A DNA stretch of 64,000 nucleotides from the IMG/VR virus record IMGVR_UViG_3300028591_000078, positions 32,001 to 96,000 of that record, one strand, 5' to 3'. Source of the DNA: a virus. Lineage: Duplodnaviria > Caudoviricetes. Below, piece after piece: positions 1 through 10,872 of this stretch. Under the pieces are notes generated by a model. It ran no database searches. It was given only the letters and a program-made list of their open reading frames with translations, and was not told the origin of the DNA. Positions within the stretch are counted from its first letter, which is position 1. Each line of letters opens with the position of its first letter. A program made the translations under genes and the position numbers.

Positions 1-3000
1 GCAATTCTTAAAGCTAAGGATGAATATAAACATGATATATTCTACTATCTTAGATCTCTCGAAGATAATGCAACATGGGTGAGAGAATATCTATCCACTA
101 ATAAGATTGGTGGTGGTAAAAATAATAATAGCGGTAATCCTAATGTTCCAGATTTTAATGCTATAACTGCACTCAGAGGAAATGCCACTAATCTTGACCC
201 TGAGGCTTTGTATAGAGAAGCACAGCATAAATTAGACGAGGACTATATTAGAGCACATAGATTTGATTTTAATAATGGTAAAGTATTTGCTTATAATCGA
301 TATGAAGAAGGTGCTTATGGTAGTGCTGCAGCATATATGGAGCGTACTACAGATAAAGCCATTGAAGAAGATAGAAGAAGAAAAGCTAATAGTCAGGAAG
401 AAAATCTGTTTTGGAGTATTTTCCATGATACTAGCAAAGCTAAGAGAGACTATGATTCTAAGAAGTTCCTCGAACAGTTAAGAGATGCTCATGATATAGG
501 AGAAAAATATGAAGTTATAAAGCATGGAGTTGAAAAACTTGCTGCTGCTCCTATGAAGATGCTTGAGCATGTTATTAGAAAAGCAGATGAGTCTGTTTAT
601 CATTTCATGTTCGGAAGAGCAGATGATGAAGTAGACGAAGACGGGAATCCAATACAGGGATTGCTTGCAAAAACAATCCATGAGATGAAGCAGACCTTTA
701 AGAAACTTAATGAGTGGCTTAATGAAAAACTGTTGGATCCCCTCAAGAAGAAATTAGATGAATGGGGAATCCATTCAGTTACAGATGCTTTAGATAAGAT
801 TACTGGAGGTCGCTTCTCTGATGCTAAAAATGCCATAGCAGATACAGTGCTTGGTACGAAAGGAGAAGATGGTCGAAGAACAGGTGGCTGGGCAGACCCG
901 TTTAGAAAAGCATTCTCATATAATTTTGGTGAGATATATGATAGACGAGCTGCAGAGGCACGAAGGAAAAAAGAAAGAGATAGAGCTAGGCAAGAAGCCT
1001 TAGCTGAAATGCAAGCAGAAGATGACTTTAATAGCATCTATCATGCAGAAGGTACTGCAGGTAGAGCAAAGTCTGACTTGTTTACAATGTTATCTCCTGG
1101 TGAGGAACTTATAAGTCCCTCTGGACGGTCTAGAACCGTTACTGAAGGTGAGTCATATTCACCTCATATAGTTCCTAAAGGAACAACAATCTATAATCCT
1201 CAGCCTAGAAATGTAAGAAAACAGCAGAAAGCAATTGAACAGCAAAAAGCAGTTGCATGGGCTAAGAATATGAAGTTCAATGCTAATGCTGATGAGACTG
1301 GTGGATTATATGATTTCGAGAAGAAGATATTTAATAATGAGAAAGCTAAAGCTCAATTCCAAGAACAATATGAATATCTTGATATGTATCTCGAAGAGAA
1401 AGCTAGCGAACTCATTGCTTCTGGTACAGATGAAGGTATAGCTTTAGGACAGGAATACCTGGTACTCTATGAAGAGTTTAATAGATATAAATCTAATTAT
1501 GCAGATATCATGAATCCGGATCCTAAAGGATATGGTTCAAACTACACAATCTACGCTAAGTTTGTAAAGTGGGTAAAGAATGCATATAAAGCTCTTACTA
1601 CAAATAGTCTTAAAGAAGCTTTCTATGTAGAAGATCAAAAAGCTAAACAGACTAAAGCTAATGCACAAAATAAAACCGAATCTGAACCTGAAAAGATTAA
1701 AAATAAATGGCTTCATGAACAACTTGACAAGTTAAAATATGATGAAGCTAAACCTGAGAATATAGCTAGAGTAAATAAAATTGCAGATACTACAGCTAAG
1801 ACTGCTATAGGTACTGGAGCTGGTTTATTATTAGGTAATCCTCTCTTAGGACTTGTTGGTGGTGCAGTAGCTGGAATAGTAAAAAATAATAAAGCTATTA
1901 ATGAGTTTATCTTTGGTGATATTGAGCATGATAATGGCCTTATCTCTAAGAAAACTCAGCAGTATCTTAAAGATGCCATTCCTACAGTTAGAAAGACTAG
2001 CTTAATAGGTGGTATTGCAGGATTAGTTACTGGTTTAGGTCCTATTCCTGGAATACTTATGGGATCAGCAGCTGGATTTGCAGCTAAGAATGAAGATCTT
2101 ATGGAAACTCTTTTCGGTCCTAAAGAGGAACGTGAAAAGAAAATGGAGAAGATCAAGAAAGCTGCTCCTAGAATGGGTATCGGAGCTGCAGCTGGAGCAT
2201 TACTTGGACCGTTTGGTTTGTTAGGTGGTGCTGCTTTAGGAGCTGCAGGTGGACTGTTTACTACTACTAATACATTTAAAGAGCTTTTATATGGAGAAAT
2301 CGATGAAGATGGTAATCCTGTAAAAGATGAGGATGGTAAACTTAAAGGTGGTATTCTTGGTGCTCTTCAGGTATCATTTGTAGATCCTCTTAAGGATTTT
2401 GCTAATGATATGAAGACTAAAGCTAAAGATTTTATAAGAGATAAGATAGTTGATCCTATAGCTGGAGCTATTAAACCTATAACAGCTGGAATGAAGCACA
2501 TTGTAAAAGATGTACTTACAGCAGTTCCTAATGCTTTAAACTGGGTATTCGAAAAATCATTTGGTATTCCTATGGGTGATTTCCTTAGAGATAAGGTATT
2601 TGGACCTATAGCTAGATTTACCAAAGGATTCTTAAAGTTACCATTTACTATATTTAAAGGTATACTTTCAGCACCTGGAAAGATTATAGGTGGTATAGGT
2701 AATGCTATTAGAGGTAGTCAGATTAGACGTGGTACCGCTGATTATATGACTGCTGAAGAACGTCTTGCATATAGAGAGCAACATAAAACGCAGTTTAGAG
2801 GCAATTGGATTGGTAAAATACTTCATCCTTTCAGAAGAGATAGAATGCTTGCTGAAGATCAAGCATTAGCTGAAACTCATGTAGGTGATATTAAGAATGA
2901 AAATGGCGAAGTTACTTCTTATGGAGTAGATACTATAATACAAGGTATTGAAGAACTTACTACATCAGAAAGAGATGCTGGTAAGGCTGTAAGAACTGCT

Positions 3001-6000
3001 CAGAGACAGCTTAATAATATTGTAGATAAGCATTTCAGAAATCGTGGTCTTATATCTTTAAGAAATGATAAAGATAAAATTCTGAAAGCATTAAATAATG
3101 GTAAGCTTGATCAAGCAATGAAGCTTATAGAAAAGCTTAAGACTAAAGATGGTAAAAAGCTTTCTGGTGAAGAGCTTCAGAACTTCCAGGATGATGTAAC
3201 AAAAGCATATAATGTTTTAGAAGAAGCTAAAGCATTGCGTAAATCTGTAGGTTCTAGAAGAGGTAGAGATAGATCTTCTGGACTTGCTAAATATGAAAAG
3301 ATGCTCAAAGATCAAGGATTCAAGAATGTTAATCTTAAAAGCGATAGACAAAGGTCTAGAATCCTTACACTTCTTAAGCAAGAAAAGAGTTCTAAAGCTG
3401 GAGCATACGCTGATACTTTATCTGAAGATGATAGGATATCTGCTGAAGCTACAGTTGGAGCTATCAATAGCCAGACGACAGATTTATTGAAAGCATTAAC
3501 TAGTATTAAAGAATCTATCGATCTTATTAATACTAATTATGACGGTGCTAAAGATACATCTAAAGGTGCTGCTGGAGTAAATAAGATATTTGAAGATTTA
3601 CAAGGTACTGATGAAAATGGCGAGCCTGTTATGAAGACTGAATTTGGTAAGTCTTTCACTAGAGGAATGTCTAATTCTATTCATAAGGACGTTGTAAATT
3701 CTGCAAGAAGAAGATATAATGTTAATCAGCGTAGACATCAGAGAAAGAGAAAAGACGATAATTTAGTATTCGAGAGAATTACAAAAGTAAAGGATCTCGG
3801 AATTAATACACAGCCTAATAGCTACTGGTCTAGTAATGATGATAGAGCTAGGAAAATCTTTAATCTTCTCGATAATAATTCAAAATTTGACATTAATACA
3901 GCTCTCAAACATGCATTCAATACTAAAAACTTTATAAAGAATTTTAGTACAGCAATGAGCACTTCTAAGGGTGTTTTTGTTGAGGCTGACTTTATAGATA
4001 GAATAGCAAGTATAAAAAATAATAAAACAGAACAAGAGTGCCTTAGTAAAGCTGTAGCGGCTGGAATAGACCTTACCAATAAGACTATATTCAGTTTAGA
4101 TTCTCTTAATGCTCTTCTTGGCGCTTCTGAAAAACAGTTACAGTATAATACAATTAAAGAAGTATTCAAGCAGATACAGGATTATATAAAGGCTTATAAT
4201 GTAGCTCCTACACCTGCTGAAATTCAGACCTGGTTTGCTAATCTTTCACAACTTAGATCTGATGCTAAATATACAAAGCAGAAGCTTAAAGAACAGGCTG
4301 AACAAGAAGCAGAACAAGATAATTCAACACCCCCTACAAGCCCTAATCCAGTTTTTAGTAATGCAGATACAGATGAAGGTACAGAGGCTATTCCTGTTGA
4401 GCATGTAGGCTGGCTTAAAGATAAGTGGAGAGAAAAGATCAAGCCTGGTTTGAAAGGATTTAAATCTGATATTGGATCTAGTTTTGATGATCTTAAAGAT
4501 ATAAGGAATACAAAGAAGACTAAAAATTTAAAGTATGAGTTACTCGTAGTAAAGGGAATCAAAGCTATAATTGATCGTACAACAAGAGTAGCCGAAGCTA
4601 CAGAGAATCAGGATGAAAGAGAAGAAGAAAAGACTAAAGAGGAAAAGAAATTAGCCAAGAAAAAGGCTAAAGCTGATAAGAAAGCCAATAACGGAAATCT
4701 TTGGCAGAGAGCTAATGCTAGAGTCGAAGAATTTGGAGAAAATGTAAAAAATAAAGGTGATAACTTCTTAAGAGCACTCAGTCATCCTATAAAGATGGTT
4801 AAAGGTGCTATACATGGATCCAAAGAAGAATATGAAAGCAAACAAGATGGAGACAAGTTTTCTATAATTGATATTCTTCATGGTATAAAGAAAGGTCAAG
4901 AAAAAGAACTTGAAGTTTTAAAAGAGCAAGAAGATAGAGGAGAAAGAAAAGAACCTATTTGGAAGAGAGTATTAAAAGCCATTTTTGGTAAATCTCTTGC
5001 AAGTATAGCATTTAGAACATTTGCTCTTCCTCTCGGTGTAGGTTTATTTAAGAATCAAGTATGGCCTCTTGTAAAAGAAAAAGCTTGGCCTTGGATTCAG
5101 AATAAACTTTTTGGAGATCCTGATAGAGATGATGATGGATTCTTCGGTAGACTTAAATACTGGTTTAAGGATCATGTAGTACCTGTACTCTTTGGTGAAA
5201 AGAATGAAGATGGAGTATGGACTAAAGGTTGGTTCTCCGGTGCAGCAAACTTCTGGGAACAGAAAGCTAAACCATTTTTAGTTGGTGAAGATGGTAATAG
5301 TGGACTGATTGGCAAAATTAAAGAGATTGTCCATGGTATTGGATATGTAATTACTGATGGATTTAATCTTGCTAAGTCTTGGCTGCTTAATGAAAACTTT
5401 TCACCATCAGAAAATAATCCTTTAAAGGATAAATTTGGAGCTCATACATTTAAAAATGAAGATCAAGGCTCCTCTGGATTTATAAAGACTTTATTATATA
5501 ACTGGGCTGATGGATTAACAACAATAGTTCCATTTGCAACAAAGATAATAGTAAAGGCGCTTCCGAAATTATTTGTAGGATTACTTACAGGTGTCGTAGA
5601 AGGAGTAAAATCCATATTCGGAATTGGCGATGTAGAAAAGAAGATGAATGAAAGATTAGACAATAATGTTACAAATGCTTATATAAACAGTATGTCTAAA
5701 CAGATGAAAGTAAATGATTCTGGTAAAACAGAAAAGCTTCTTTCTATTGATGCTGATGACGTTGATATTAGTGGCGGCGGATCAAGTAGTTCTAGTAGTT
5801 CATCGAGTAATAGCTCTGATAATATCATAAAAACTTCTTCAGGTGATGATTATGTAAATGAATCATATAATGAAGAGGTTAGCAATGGAGCAAATGCACA
5901 GATATCTTTAGCAAAATATGGATCAGATAGAATAGTATCAAAAGAAGAATACAATAAAAAATATTCTTGGATAGAAAATGTAGATGAGATGACTTTAGAT

Positions 6001-9000
6001 GAAGCTATAAAATATGCTGAAGATAATCTTGTTATTCTTCCGTATAGCATGTTTAATGATGAAGATTCATATAGAGCTCATTTTGAAGGTATATTCGGTC
6101 CAGGAACAATTGATAGATATGGATGGGATACGATAAAAGCAATCCAAGATCCTATAGTAGTAGATATGTCATCCGAAGTTTATAGGATGATACAAAGTGA
6201 GCGAAAAAATGAACAAGCTTTTGTATCAGAAACTACTTTTAGATATTTGCTTAACTGCGCTAGAGGTGGTGTAGTTGGCTGTAAAGTTGTTCCAAAACTG
6301 TTAAAAGTTACAACTAAAACAGCTGCTATATTAGCTAAAGGTGGTAAAGCTTTACAGAAGATAGCTCCTTGGTATGTAAAGCCTTTTGTAGCTCTTGGTA
6401 ATTTACCAGCAAAGGCTGTTAGCAAGAGTGGAACATTCATCCAAGGTGTTAGCAATGGTATAAAATATGGATATGATAGAATTAATGATGCAAAAGAATT
6501 AGTTAAAGTTAGTGGTGGTACAGCTAAAGAAATTAAACAAGCTGGTAAAACTGCTGGTAAAATATTGGAAGCTGATGTAAAGGCTGGAACAGTTACAGCA
6601 GATGTAGTTGAATCAGCTGTTAAAGCTGCAGATAAATTAGACGATGCTGCTAAAGTAGCAGATAAATTATCTAAATGCCCTGCATGGGTTCAGCAGATAG
6701 CTAAAAGAGCAGAACAATTCTTTTCAGCTATGGCTGATACCAAAATTGTTAAAATGATATCCAATGCAACTGGAAAAGCTACACAAAAAATTAGCAAAGT
6801 TTTAACATCGGCTAAAGCTAAAACACTTGGTACAAAATTTGGACTCTGGCTATTTGAAAAGTTTCCTAATTTTGCAACTAAGATGACAAAAGTATTGACT
6901 AGTGAAACTGTAAAAAAGGTAGCATGGGTAATAACAATATTATCTGTTGAAACTGATATTATATTTGGTGCTGCTGATGTAAATGAAGTACTTGGTGTAA
7001 CAGGCGATTATAACTTTACATCATGGCATTATATGATGGCAGCATTAATCAATACATTCAATAATGAAGTATTATTCGGAATACCTGATGTACATGATAT
7101 TGGTCCTTGGCTTACAGAAAATCTATTTGTTGAATTATTCGATGACCAAGATTTAAAGAATGCAATCGAAGGAACCAATAAGAGATATGAAGCTTGGAAG
7201 AATGATCATCCTGAGGATGCTGATCTCAGTAGAAAAGATTGGTTATCTGCATATTATCCTTCTGGAACCACCTTGTATAATAGAGATTTACAAGAAGGCA
7301 ACTGGAAAAATGTGTCTGATAACTTCAAAGCTGGCTATGGCATTAAAGGAGATAACAAGGACAATCCTGTTGGAGCTTTCTTTGCAGATGTTGCTGATCA
7401 CTGGGCAACCGGAATGAATACAATCAGTAACTGGTGGAACGGATTATGGGGACAAGGAAAAGACAAACTTAATACTTTCGAATTAAAAGTACCAAAACTG
7501 ATTATGCCTAGTAAAGTACTGCATTCTGACATTCCTGATGAATTAATAGATAATACTAAGGTTGGCTTTGGAGCTGGCAAGCATGTAGACCAGCGTATGT
7601 CTAATATGAGATATAATGCTCCTGGGGATACTGAATATCAGACTGTAGCAGATTCTGGCTGTGGTCCTGCAGCTGCAGTAAGTGTACTTAATCAGTATGG
7701 TAAGGGTAAACTTGAGGAAGCAGCAAAGTATTCACTTGCAAATGGATATAAAGAACCTAATGGCGGTACATATCCTGGATTCTTTAAAGATTACCTTGGT
7801 CAGAATGGTATAGATACACAATATGAAAGTGATCCTAATAAAATAATGGGTAACCTGGCTCAGGGTAAACCTGTTATACTTATGGGAACAGGTAATGGTA
7901 ATAATAGAACTCCATATGATGGAGCTAATGGATCTCACTATGTAACGGCTACTGGAATAGATAGAAGTGGTAATATGATTATCGAGGATCCTGATGATCG
8001 TAGAGGTGCATTAAAGTATAATGCTAGAAATGTCCTCGATAGAACCTCTATAGCTATTTCTACAAGTCCTAGTGGACGTAGTAGAAGTCTTATTAGTAAT
8101 TCTTATGGTAAAGCTAGACTTCCTAAATCATATTTAAATAAGATGCCAAAACTTAAATTTGGTAGAGGAGTCCATACATTAAAGGATTTGGCTAAAGATG
8201 CATTACAAGATCTTAGAATATGGAAAGACCCTGGTTCTAATAAATCTGAATATATCTCTAATATAGGAACCAGAATAATGCAGGCTGCTAGATACCAGAC
8301 ACAGGGTATATTCTATAACCATTATATGTGGGTAGCAACAGCTGCAGTAAATGCTGGTATACAGACTGGTATGGATCCTGCAATACTTATTGCTATAGCT
8401 ATTATGGAATCTGGTCATGGTACATCAGATGTATGTAAAGACAAGCTCAATTTCTGGGGCTGGAACTTTACGGATAAGACTGGTTATGCAGAAGGCGCAA
8501 CAGATTTTAAGACAAATGGCTCAAATGCTATAACACTTCAGTCTTTAGAGAATGCATTCTTAGCTTATGCTAAGGCGATTAGTAAAGGATATTATGATGC
8601 TGGACAGAAATGTCTGTATCAGTTCTATGATAATGGTGGTAATCATCAATATCCTGGTGAAATAAATGATATCACCACTGACTGGGTAGTAGATGTGTCT
8701 AAATATATGGCTGCTATACATAATTGTGTAGGACAGGCAGAAGACAATCTTTCTTGGCATGATCCTAGTGGAAAGGTTGTTCTTTTAAAGGATGCGACTA
8801 ATGCATGGACTAAAACTAAAGATGGTTTTAATGGCAAAATATATCCTGCTACAATATCTAATGATCTTATGGTTACAACCAATTATAAGGGTGAATCTTC
8901 AGATGGAACATCTAAATCTTCATCTAAAACAAGTACTATATTTACAGCTATAGCTGACTATGGCAAGAAGGTCCTTAGGTCTGTATTTGGTGATTTTTAT

Positions 9001-10800
9001 GATTTAGTATTCGGATCTCCTGATACTGATACAGAAAATACATATCAAAATACATTCCAAACTGGGCATTATAATGAAAATGGTTATTGGGTTGGTAATA
9101 ATCTTGATGCAGAAAATGCTACAGATTGGTTTACTAGAACTTTAAATAGTACTGTAAGTTTACCTTATGCAAGAAATGCAGAGCCTGTACGGTTAAGTGA
9201 TGAAAAACCTCATTATGTACATCATGGTATAGATTTTGCAGCCGCTGCCGGAACACCTATTGTATCTCCTATAGATGGTGAAGTTACATATAGGAATGAT
9301 GATGAGTCTAAAGATTATGGAAATAATATTATAGTTACTGATGCATATGATAGTAATCTTACCCATAGATTTGGACATATGCTTCATGCATCACCATTAA
9401 GTATGCATAGTAAAGTAAAACGTGGTGAAACTATAATAGGATATGTGGGTAGTACAGGTCTTAGCACAGGAAACCATTTACATTATGAAATAGATGATAT
9501 AAGAATGCCTAATGCACATATTGATGCAGGTTATGGAAGCCTTAAAGATTCTATAGATCCTGATCTCCAGTATGATTGGTCTAGGTATTTAAAGACGATA
9601 GACCCTTATACTGGTCAAGATGTATCTAAAATGGGATCTGATGAGCTAAGAGATATGGTTTATGCAGAGCAGGAAAGATTTATTCAAAATAAATATGACA
9701 AGATTCTTGATCCTATTGGAAGAGAAGAGGCTCTTGCAAAATATAATAGTATCGAGAATGATAGTGTTGTTCGTAAACGCTTAAGAGATGAGATCATAAA
9801 TATCGAAAAAAGCGGTGGTATTAATAGTCAAAACTCTAGCTACTTTAGTAATATCAAAGACACTGCATTACAATTAGATCTTAGTGAATATATGAATCGC
9901 CATGGATATCAAAGTGCTATAAATAGTTCAGATGTATCAAATGATTATTCTGAAACAACTGATCAAATTGAATTTGACGATTCTGAAAAAGTAAAGGATG
10001 TAGAAAATGATACCAAATCTATTGGTGCAGATCTTGAACTTCCTACTAAACTTGAAAATAATAATCTGAACCTTCCTACACTTAAAGGCAATAAAATGGG
10101 ATTTGGTAGAGGTAAATCTAGATCTATTTCTAATCAGTTTAAGATGCTTTCTGAAATTAATAAGATGAAATATGCTGCTAGCAAGAGTGATAGCTCTGAT
10201 ATTTCACAATCTTTGGCTAATAAAGTAAAAGATTATATTAAGATATTTAACACTGATCCATTTGCTACAGAAGGAGTAGATACTAGATATGGTAAAGGCA
10301 GAGATATAAGTAGCGAACAATCTCACACTATTTCTAGAACTCTTGGTACTGCAAAAAATATCAAGAAACCTAAGCCGCTTACACGTCCTACCACACCTAC
10401 AAATTATGGTAAGGCTAAATTACCTACACTATCTACAACTAAGACATATGTAAATAATGCAACAACAACTACTAATGCTAATAGCAACGATATAGCTATG
10501 ATCAACTATAGCAAGCTTATTATAACTATTATTGAACTCTTAACGAGTATCAATGATAATAGTAATAAGGTCGATAAGATTATAGATCTTCTTAGAAAGT
10601 ATGGTCCGAGTTTCGGAATAGATACTTCTGGTTATGGCAAAGCCAAAACTGGAGCTGAGAAGAAAGCAGCTGCTAGACATAGTATTGTACGAAACCATGT
10701 AATGGACCCGAGCTGGGGATTTGCAGCAATGGATAATATGAATAGAAATGATGTTGCAAATAAGTTTATGGAAGAAGTACAAGCATTAGCAAGAGAATAA
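1..10800 (+). CDS. Giant tape-measure-like virion protein with C-terminal C39-like peptidase, GH73-like glucosaminidase and M23 peptidase domains (5' partial)
   Basis: Frame is open from base 1, so the gene starts upstream of the window. Gly-zipper (~1800-2260) and Trp-rich amphipathic repeats are typical of tape measures. QTVADSGCGPAAA...HYV is C39-like (~7570-8065); AIAIMESGHG...NFWG is GH73-like (~8320-8730); HHGIDF...HLHYE is M23 (~9150-9560). Confidence 0.8.
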   Translation, partial: AILKAKDEYKHDIFYYLRSLEDNATWVREYLSTNKIGGGKNNNSGNPNVPDFNAITALRGNATNLDPEALYREAQHKLDEDYIRAHRFDFNNGKVFAYNRYEEGAYGSAAAYMERTTDKAIEEDRRRKANSQEENLFWSIFHDTSKAKRDYDSKKFLEQLRDAHDIGEKYEVIKHGVEKLAAAPMKMLEHVIRKADESVYHFMFGRADDEVDEDGNPIQGLLAKTIHEMKQTFKKLNEWLNEKLLDPLKKKLDEWGIHSVTDALDKITGGRFSDAKNAIADTVLGTKGEDGRRTGGWADPFRKAFSYNFGEIYDRRAAEARRKKERDRARQEALAEMQAEDDFNSIYHAEGTAGRAKSDLFTMLSPGEELISPSGRSRTVTEGESYSPHIVPKGTTIYNPQPRNVRKQQKAIEQQKAVAWAKNMKFNANADETGGLYDFEKKIFNNEKAKAQFQEQYEYLDMYLEEKASELIASGTDEGIALGQEYLVLYEEFNRYKSNYADIMNPDPKGYGSNYTIYAKFVKWVKNAYKALTTNSLKEAFYVEDQKAKQTKANAQNKTESEPEKIKNKWLHEQLDKLKYDEAKPENIARVNKIADTTAKTAIGTGAGLLLGNPLLGLVGGAVAGIVKNNKAINEFIFGDIEHDNGLISKKTQQYLKDAIPTVRKTSLIGGIAGLVTGLGPIPGILMGSAAGFAAKNEDLMETLFGPKEEREKKMEKIKKAAPRMGIGAAAGALLGPFGLLGGAALGAAGGLFTTTNTFKELLYGEIDEDGNPVKDEDGKLKGGILGALQVSFVDPLKDFANDMKTKAKDFIRDKIVDPIAGAIKPITAGMKHIVKDVLTAVPNALNWVFEKSFGIPMGDFLRDKVFGPIARFTKGFLKLPFTIFKGILSAPGKIIGGIGNAIRGSQIRRGTADYMTAEERLAYREQHKTQFRGNWIGKILHPFRRDRMLAEDQALAETHVGDIKNENGEVTSYGVDTIIQGIEELTTSERDAGKAVRTAQRQLNNIVDKHFRNRGLISLRNDKDKILKALNNGKLDQAMKLIEKLKTKDGKKLSGEELQNFQDDVTKAYNVLEEAKALRKSVGSRRGRDRSSGLAKYEKMLKDQGFKNVNLKSDRQRSRILTLLKQEKSSKAGAYADTLSEDDRISAEATVGAINSQTTDLLKALTSIKESIDLINTNYDGAKDTSKGAAGVNKIFEDLQGTDENGEPVMKTEFGKSFTRGMSNSIHKDVVNSARRRYNVNQRRHQRKRKDDNLVFERITKVKDLGINTQPNSYWSSNDDRARKIFNLLDNNSKFDINTALKHAFNTKNFIKNFSTAMSTSKGVFVEADFIDRIASIKNNKTEQECLSKAVAAGIDLTNKTIFSLDSLNALLGASEKQLQYNTIKEVFKQIQDYIKAYNVAPTPAEIQTWFANLSQLRSDAKYTKQKLKEQAEQEAEQDNSTPPTSPNPVFSNADTDEGTEAIPVEHVGWLKDKWREKIKPGLKGFKSDIGSSFDDLKDIRNTKKTKNLKYELLVVKGIKAIIDRTTRVAEATENQDEREEEKTKEEKKLAKKKAKADKKANNGNLWQRANARVEEFGENVKNKGDNFLRALSHPIKMVKGAIHGSKEEYESKQDGDKFSIIDILHGIKKGQEKELEVLKEQEDRGERKEPIWKRVLKAIFGKSLASIAFRTFALPLGVGLFKNQVWPLVKEKAWPWIQNKLFGDPDRDDDGFFGRLKYWFKDHVVPVLFGEKNEDGVWTKGWFSGAANFWEQKAKPFLVGEDGNSGLIGKIKEIVHGIGYVITDGFNLAKSWLLNENFSPSENNPLKDKFGAHTFKNEDQGSSGFIKTLLYNWADGLTTIVPFATKIIVKALPKLFVGLLTGVVEGVKSIFGIGDVEKKMNERLDNNVTNAYINSMSKQMKVNDSGKTEKLLSIDADDVDISGGGSSSSSSSSSNSSDNIIKTSSGDDYVNESYNEEVSNGANAQISLAKYGSDRIVSKEEYNKKYSWIENVDEMTLDEAIKYAEDNLVILPYSMFNDEDSYRAHFEGIFGPGTIDRYGWDTIKAIQDPIVVDMSSEVYRMIQSERKNEQAFVSETTFRYLLNCARGGVVGCKVVPKLLKVTTKTAAILAKGGKALQKIAPWYVKPFVALGNLPAKAVSKSGTFIQGVSNGIKYGYDRINDAKELVKVSGGTAKEIKQAGKTAGKILEADVKAGTVTADVVESAVKAADKLDDAAKVADKLSKCPAWVQQIAKRAEQFFSAMADTKIVKMISNATGKATQKISKVLTSAKAKTLGTKFGLWLFEKFPNFATKMTKVLTSETVKKVAWVITILSVETDIIFGAADVNEVLGVTGDYNFTSWHYMMAALINTFNNEVLFGIPDVHDIGPWLTENLFVELFDDQDLKNAIEGTNKRYEAWKNDHPEDADLSRKDWLSAYYPSGTTLYNRDLQEGNWKNVSDNFKAGYGIKGDNKDNPVGAFFADVADHWATGMNTISNWWNGLWGQGKDKLNTFELKVPKLIMPSKVLHSDIPDELIDNTKVGFGAGKHVDQRMSNMRYNAPGDTEYQTVADSGCGPAAAVSVLNQYGKGKLEEAAKYSLANGYKEPNGGTYPGFFKDYLGQNGIDTQYESDPNKIMGNLAQGKPVILMGTGNGNNRTPYDGANGSHYVTATGIDRSGNMIIEDPDDRRGALKYNARNVLDRTSIAISTSPSGRSRSLISNSYGKARLPKSYLNKMPKLKFGRGVHTLKDLAKDALQDLRIWKDPGSNKSEYISNIGTRIMQAARYQTQGIFYNHYMWVATAAVNAGIQTGMDPAILIAIAIMESGHGTSDVCKDKLNFWGWNFTDKTGYAEGATDFKTNGSNAITLQSLENAFLAYAKAISKGYYDAGQKCLYQFYDNGGNHQYPGEINDITTDWVVDVSKYMAAIHNCVGQAEDNLSWHDPSGKVVLLKDATNAWTKTKDGFNGKIYPATISNDLMVTTNYKGESSDGTSKSSSKTSTIFTAIADYGKKVLRSVFGDFYDLVFGSPDTDTENTYQNTFQTGHYNENGYWVGNNLDAENATDWFTRTLNSTVSLPYARNAEPVRLSDEKPHYVHHGIDFAAAAGTPIVSPIDGEVTYRNDDESKDYGNNIIVTDAYDSNLTHRFGHMLHASPLSMHSKVKRGETIIGYVGSTGLSTGNHLHYEIDDIRMPNAHIDAGYGSLKDSIDPDLQYDWSRYLKTIDPYTGQDVSKMGSDELRDMVYAEQERFIQNKYDKILDPIGREEALAKYNSIENDSVVRKRLRDEIINIEKSGGINSQNSSYFSNIKDTALQLDLSEYMNRHGYQSAINSSDVSNDYSETTDQIEFDDSEKVKDVENDTKSIGADLELPTKLENNNLNLPTLKGNKMGFGRGKSRSISNQFKMLSEINKMKYAASKSDSSDISQSLANKVKDYIKIFNTDPFATEGVDTRYGKGRDISSEQSHTISRTLGTAKNIKKPKPLTRPTTPTNYGKAKLPTLSTTKTYVNNATTTTNANSNDIAMINYSKLIITIIELLTSINDNSNKVDKIIDLLRKYGPSFGIDTSGYGKAKTGAEKKAAARHSIVRNHVMDPSWGFAAMDNMNRNDVANKFMEEVQALARE

Positions 10801-10806
10801 ATGTAT

Positions 10807-10830
10807 GAGCGGGTCATTTTAGACCCGCTC
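10807..10830 (+). terminator. Hairpin after the tape-measure gene
   Basis: GAGCGGGTC-ATTTTA-GACCCGCTC inverted repeat. Confidence 0.6.
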
Positions 10831-10842
10831 AACATTATATTA
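10831..10842 (+). promoter_or_regulatory. Late-type phage promoter AACA-N6-TA (representative copy)
   Basis: Same motif lies just upstream of genes at + 10831, 12479, 19189, 29101, 33794, 47069, 51536 and - 26055-26066, 28590-28601, 38796-38807, 46936-46947, 57241-57252, 61597-61608. AACT variants at +14046, -42479, -58018. Matches the AR9 non-virion RNAP late consensus as I recall it. Confidence 0.8.
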
Positions 10843-10872
10843 ATTCGATCATATTAAAGGATGTGATGAAAT

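Noticed and set aside
79-81. GTG at 79 as the start of the giant gene; also track starts at 19207, 42471, 42497, 51533 and 63900
   Set aside because: Frames at the window edges stay open beyond the called start. For the internal genes, RBS and promoter positions support ATGs at 19240, 42453, 42587 and 51575.
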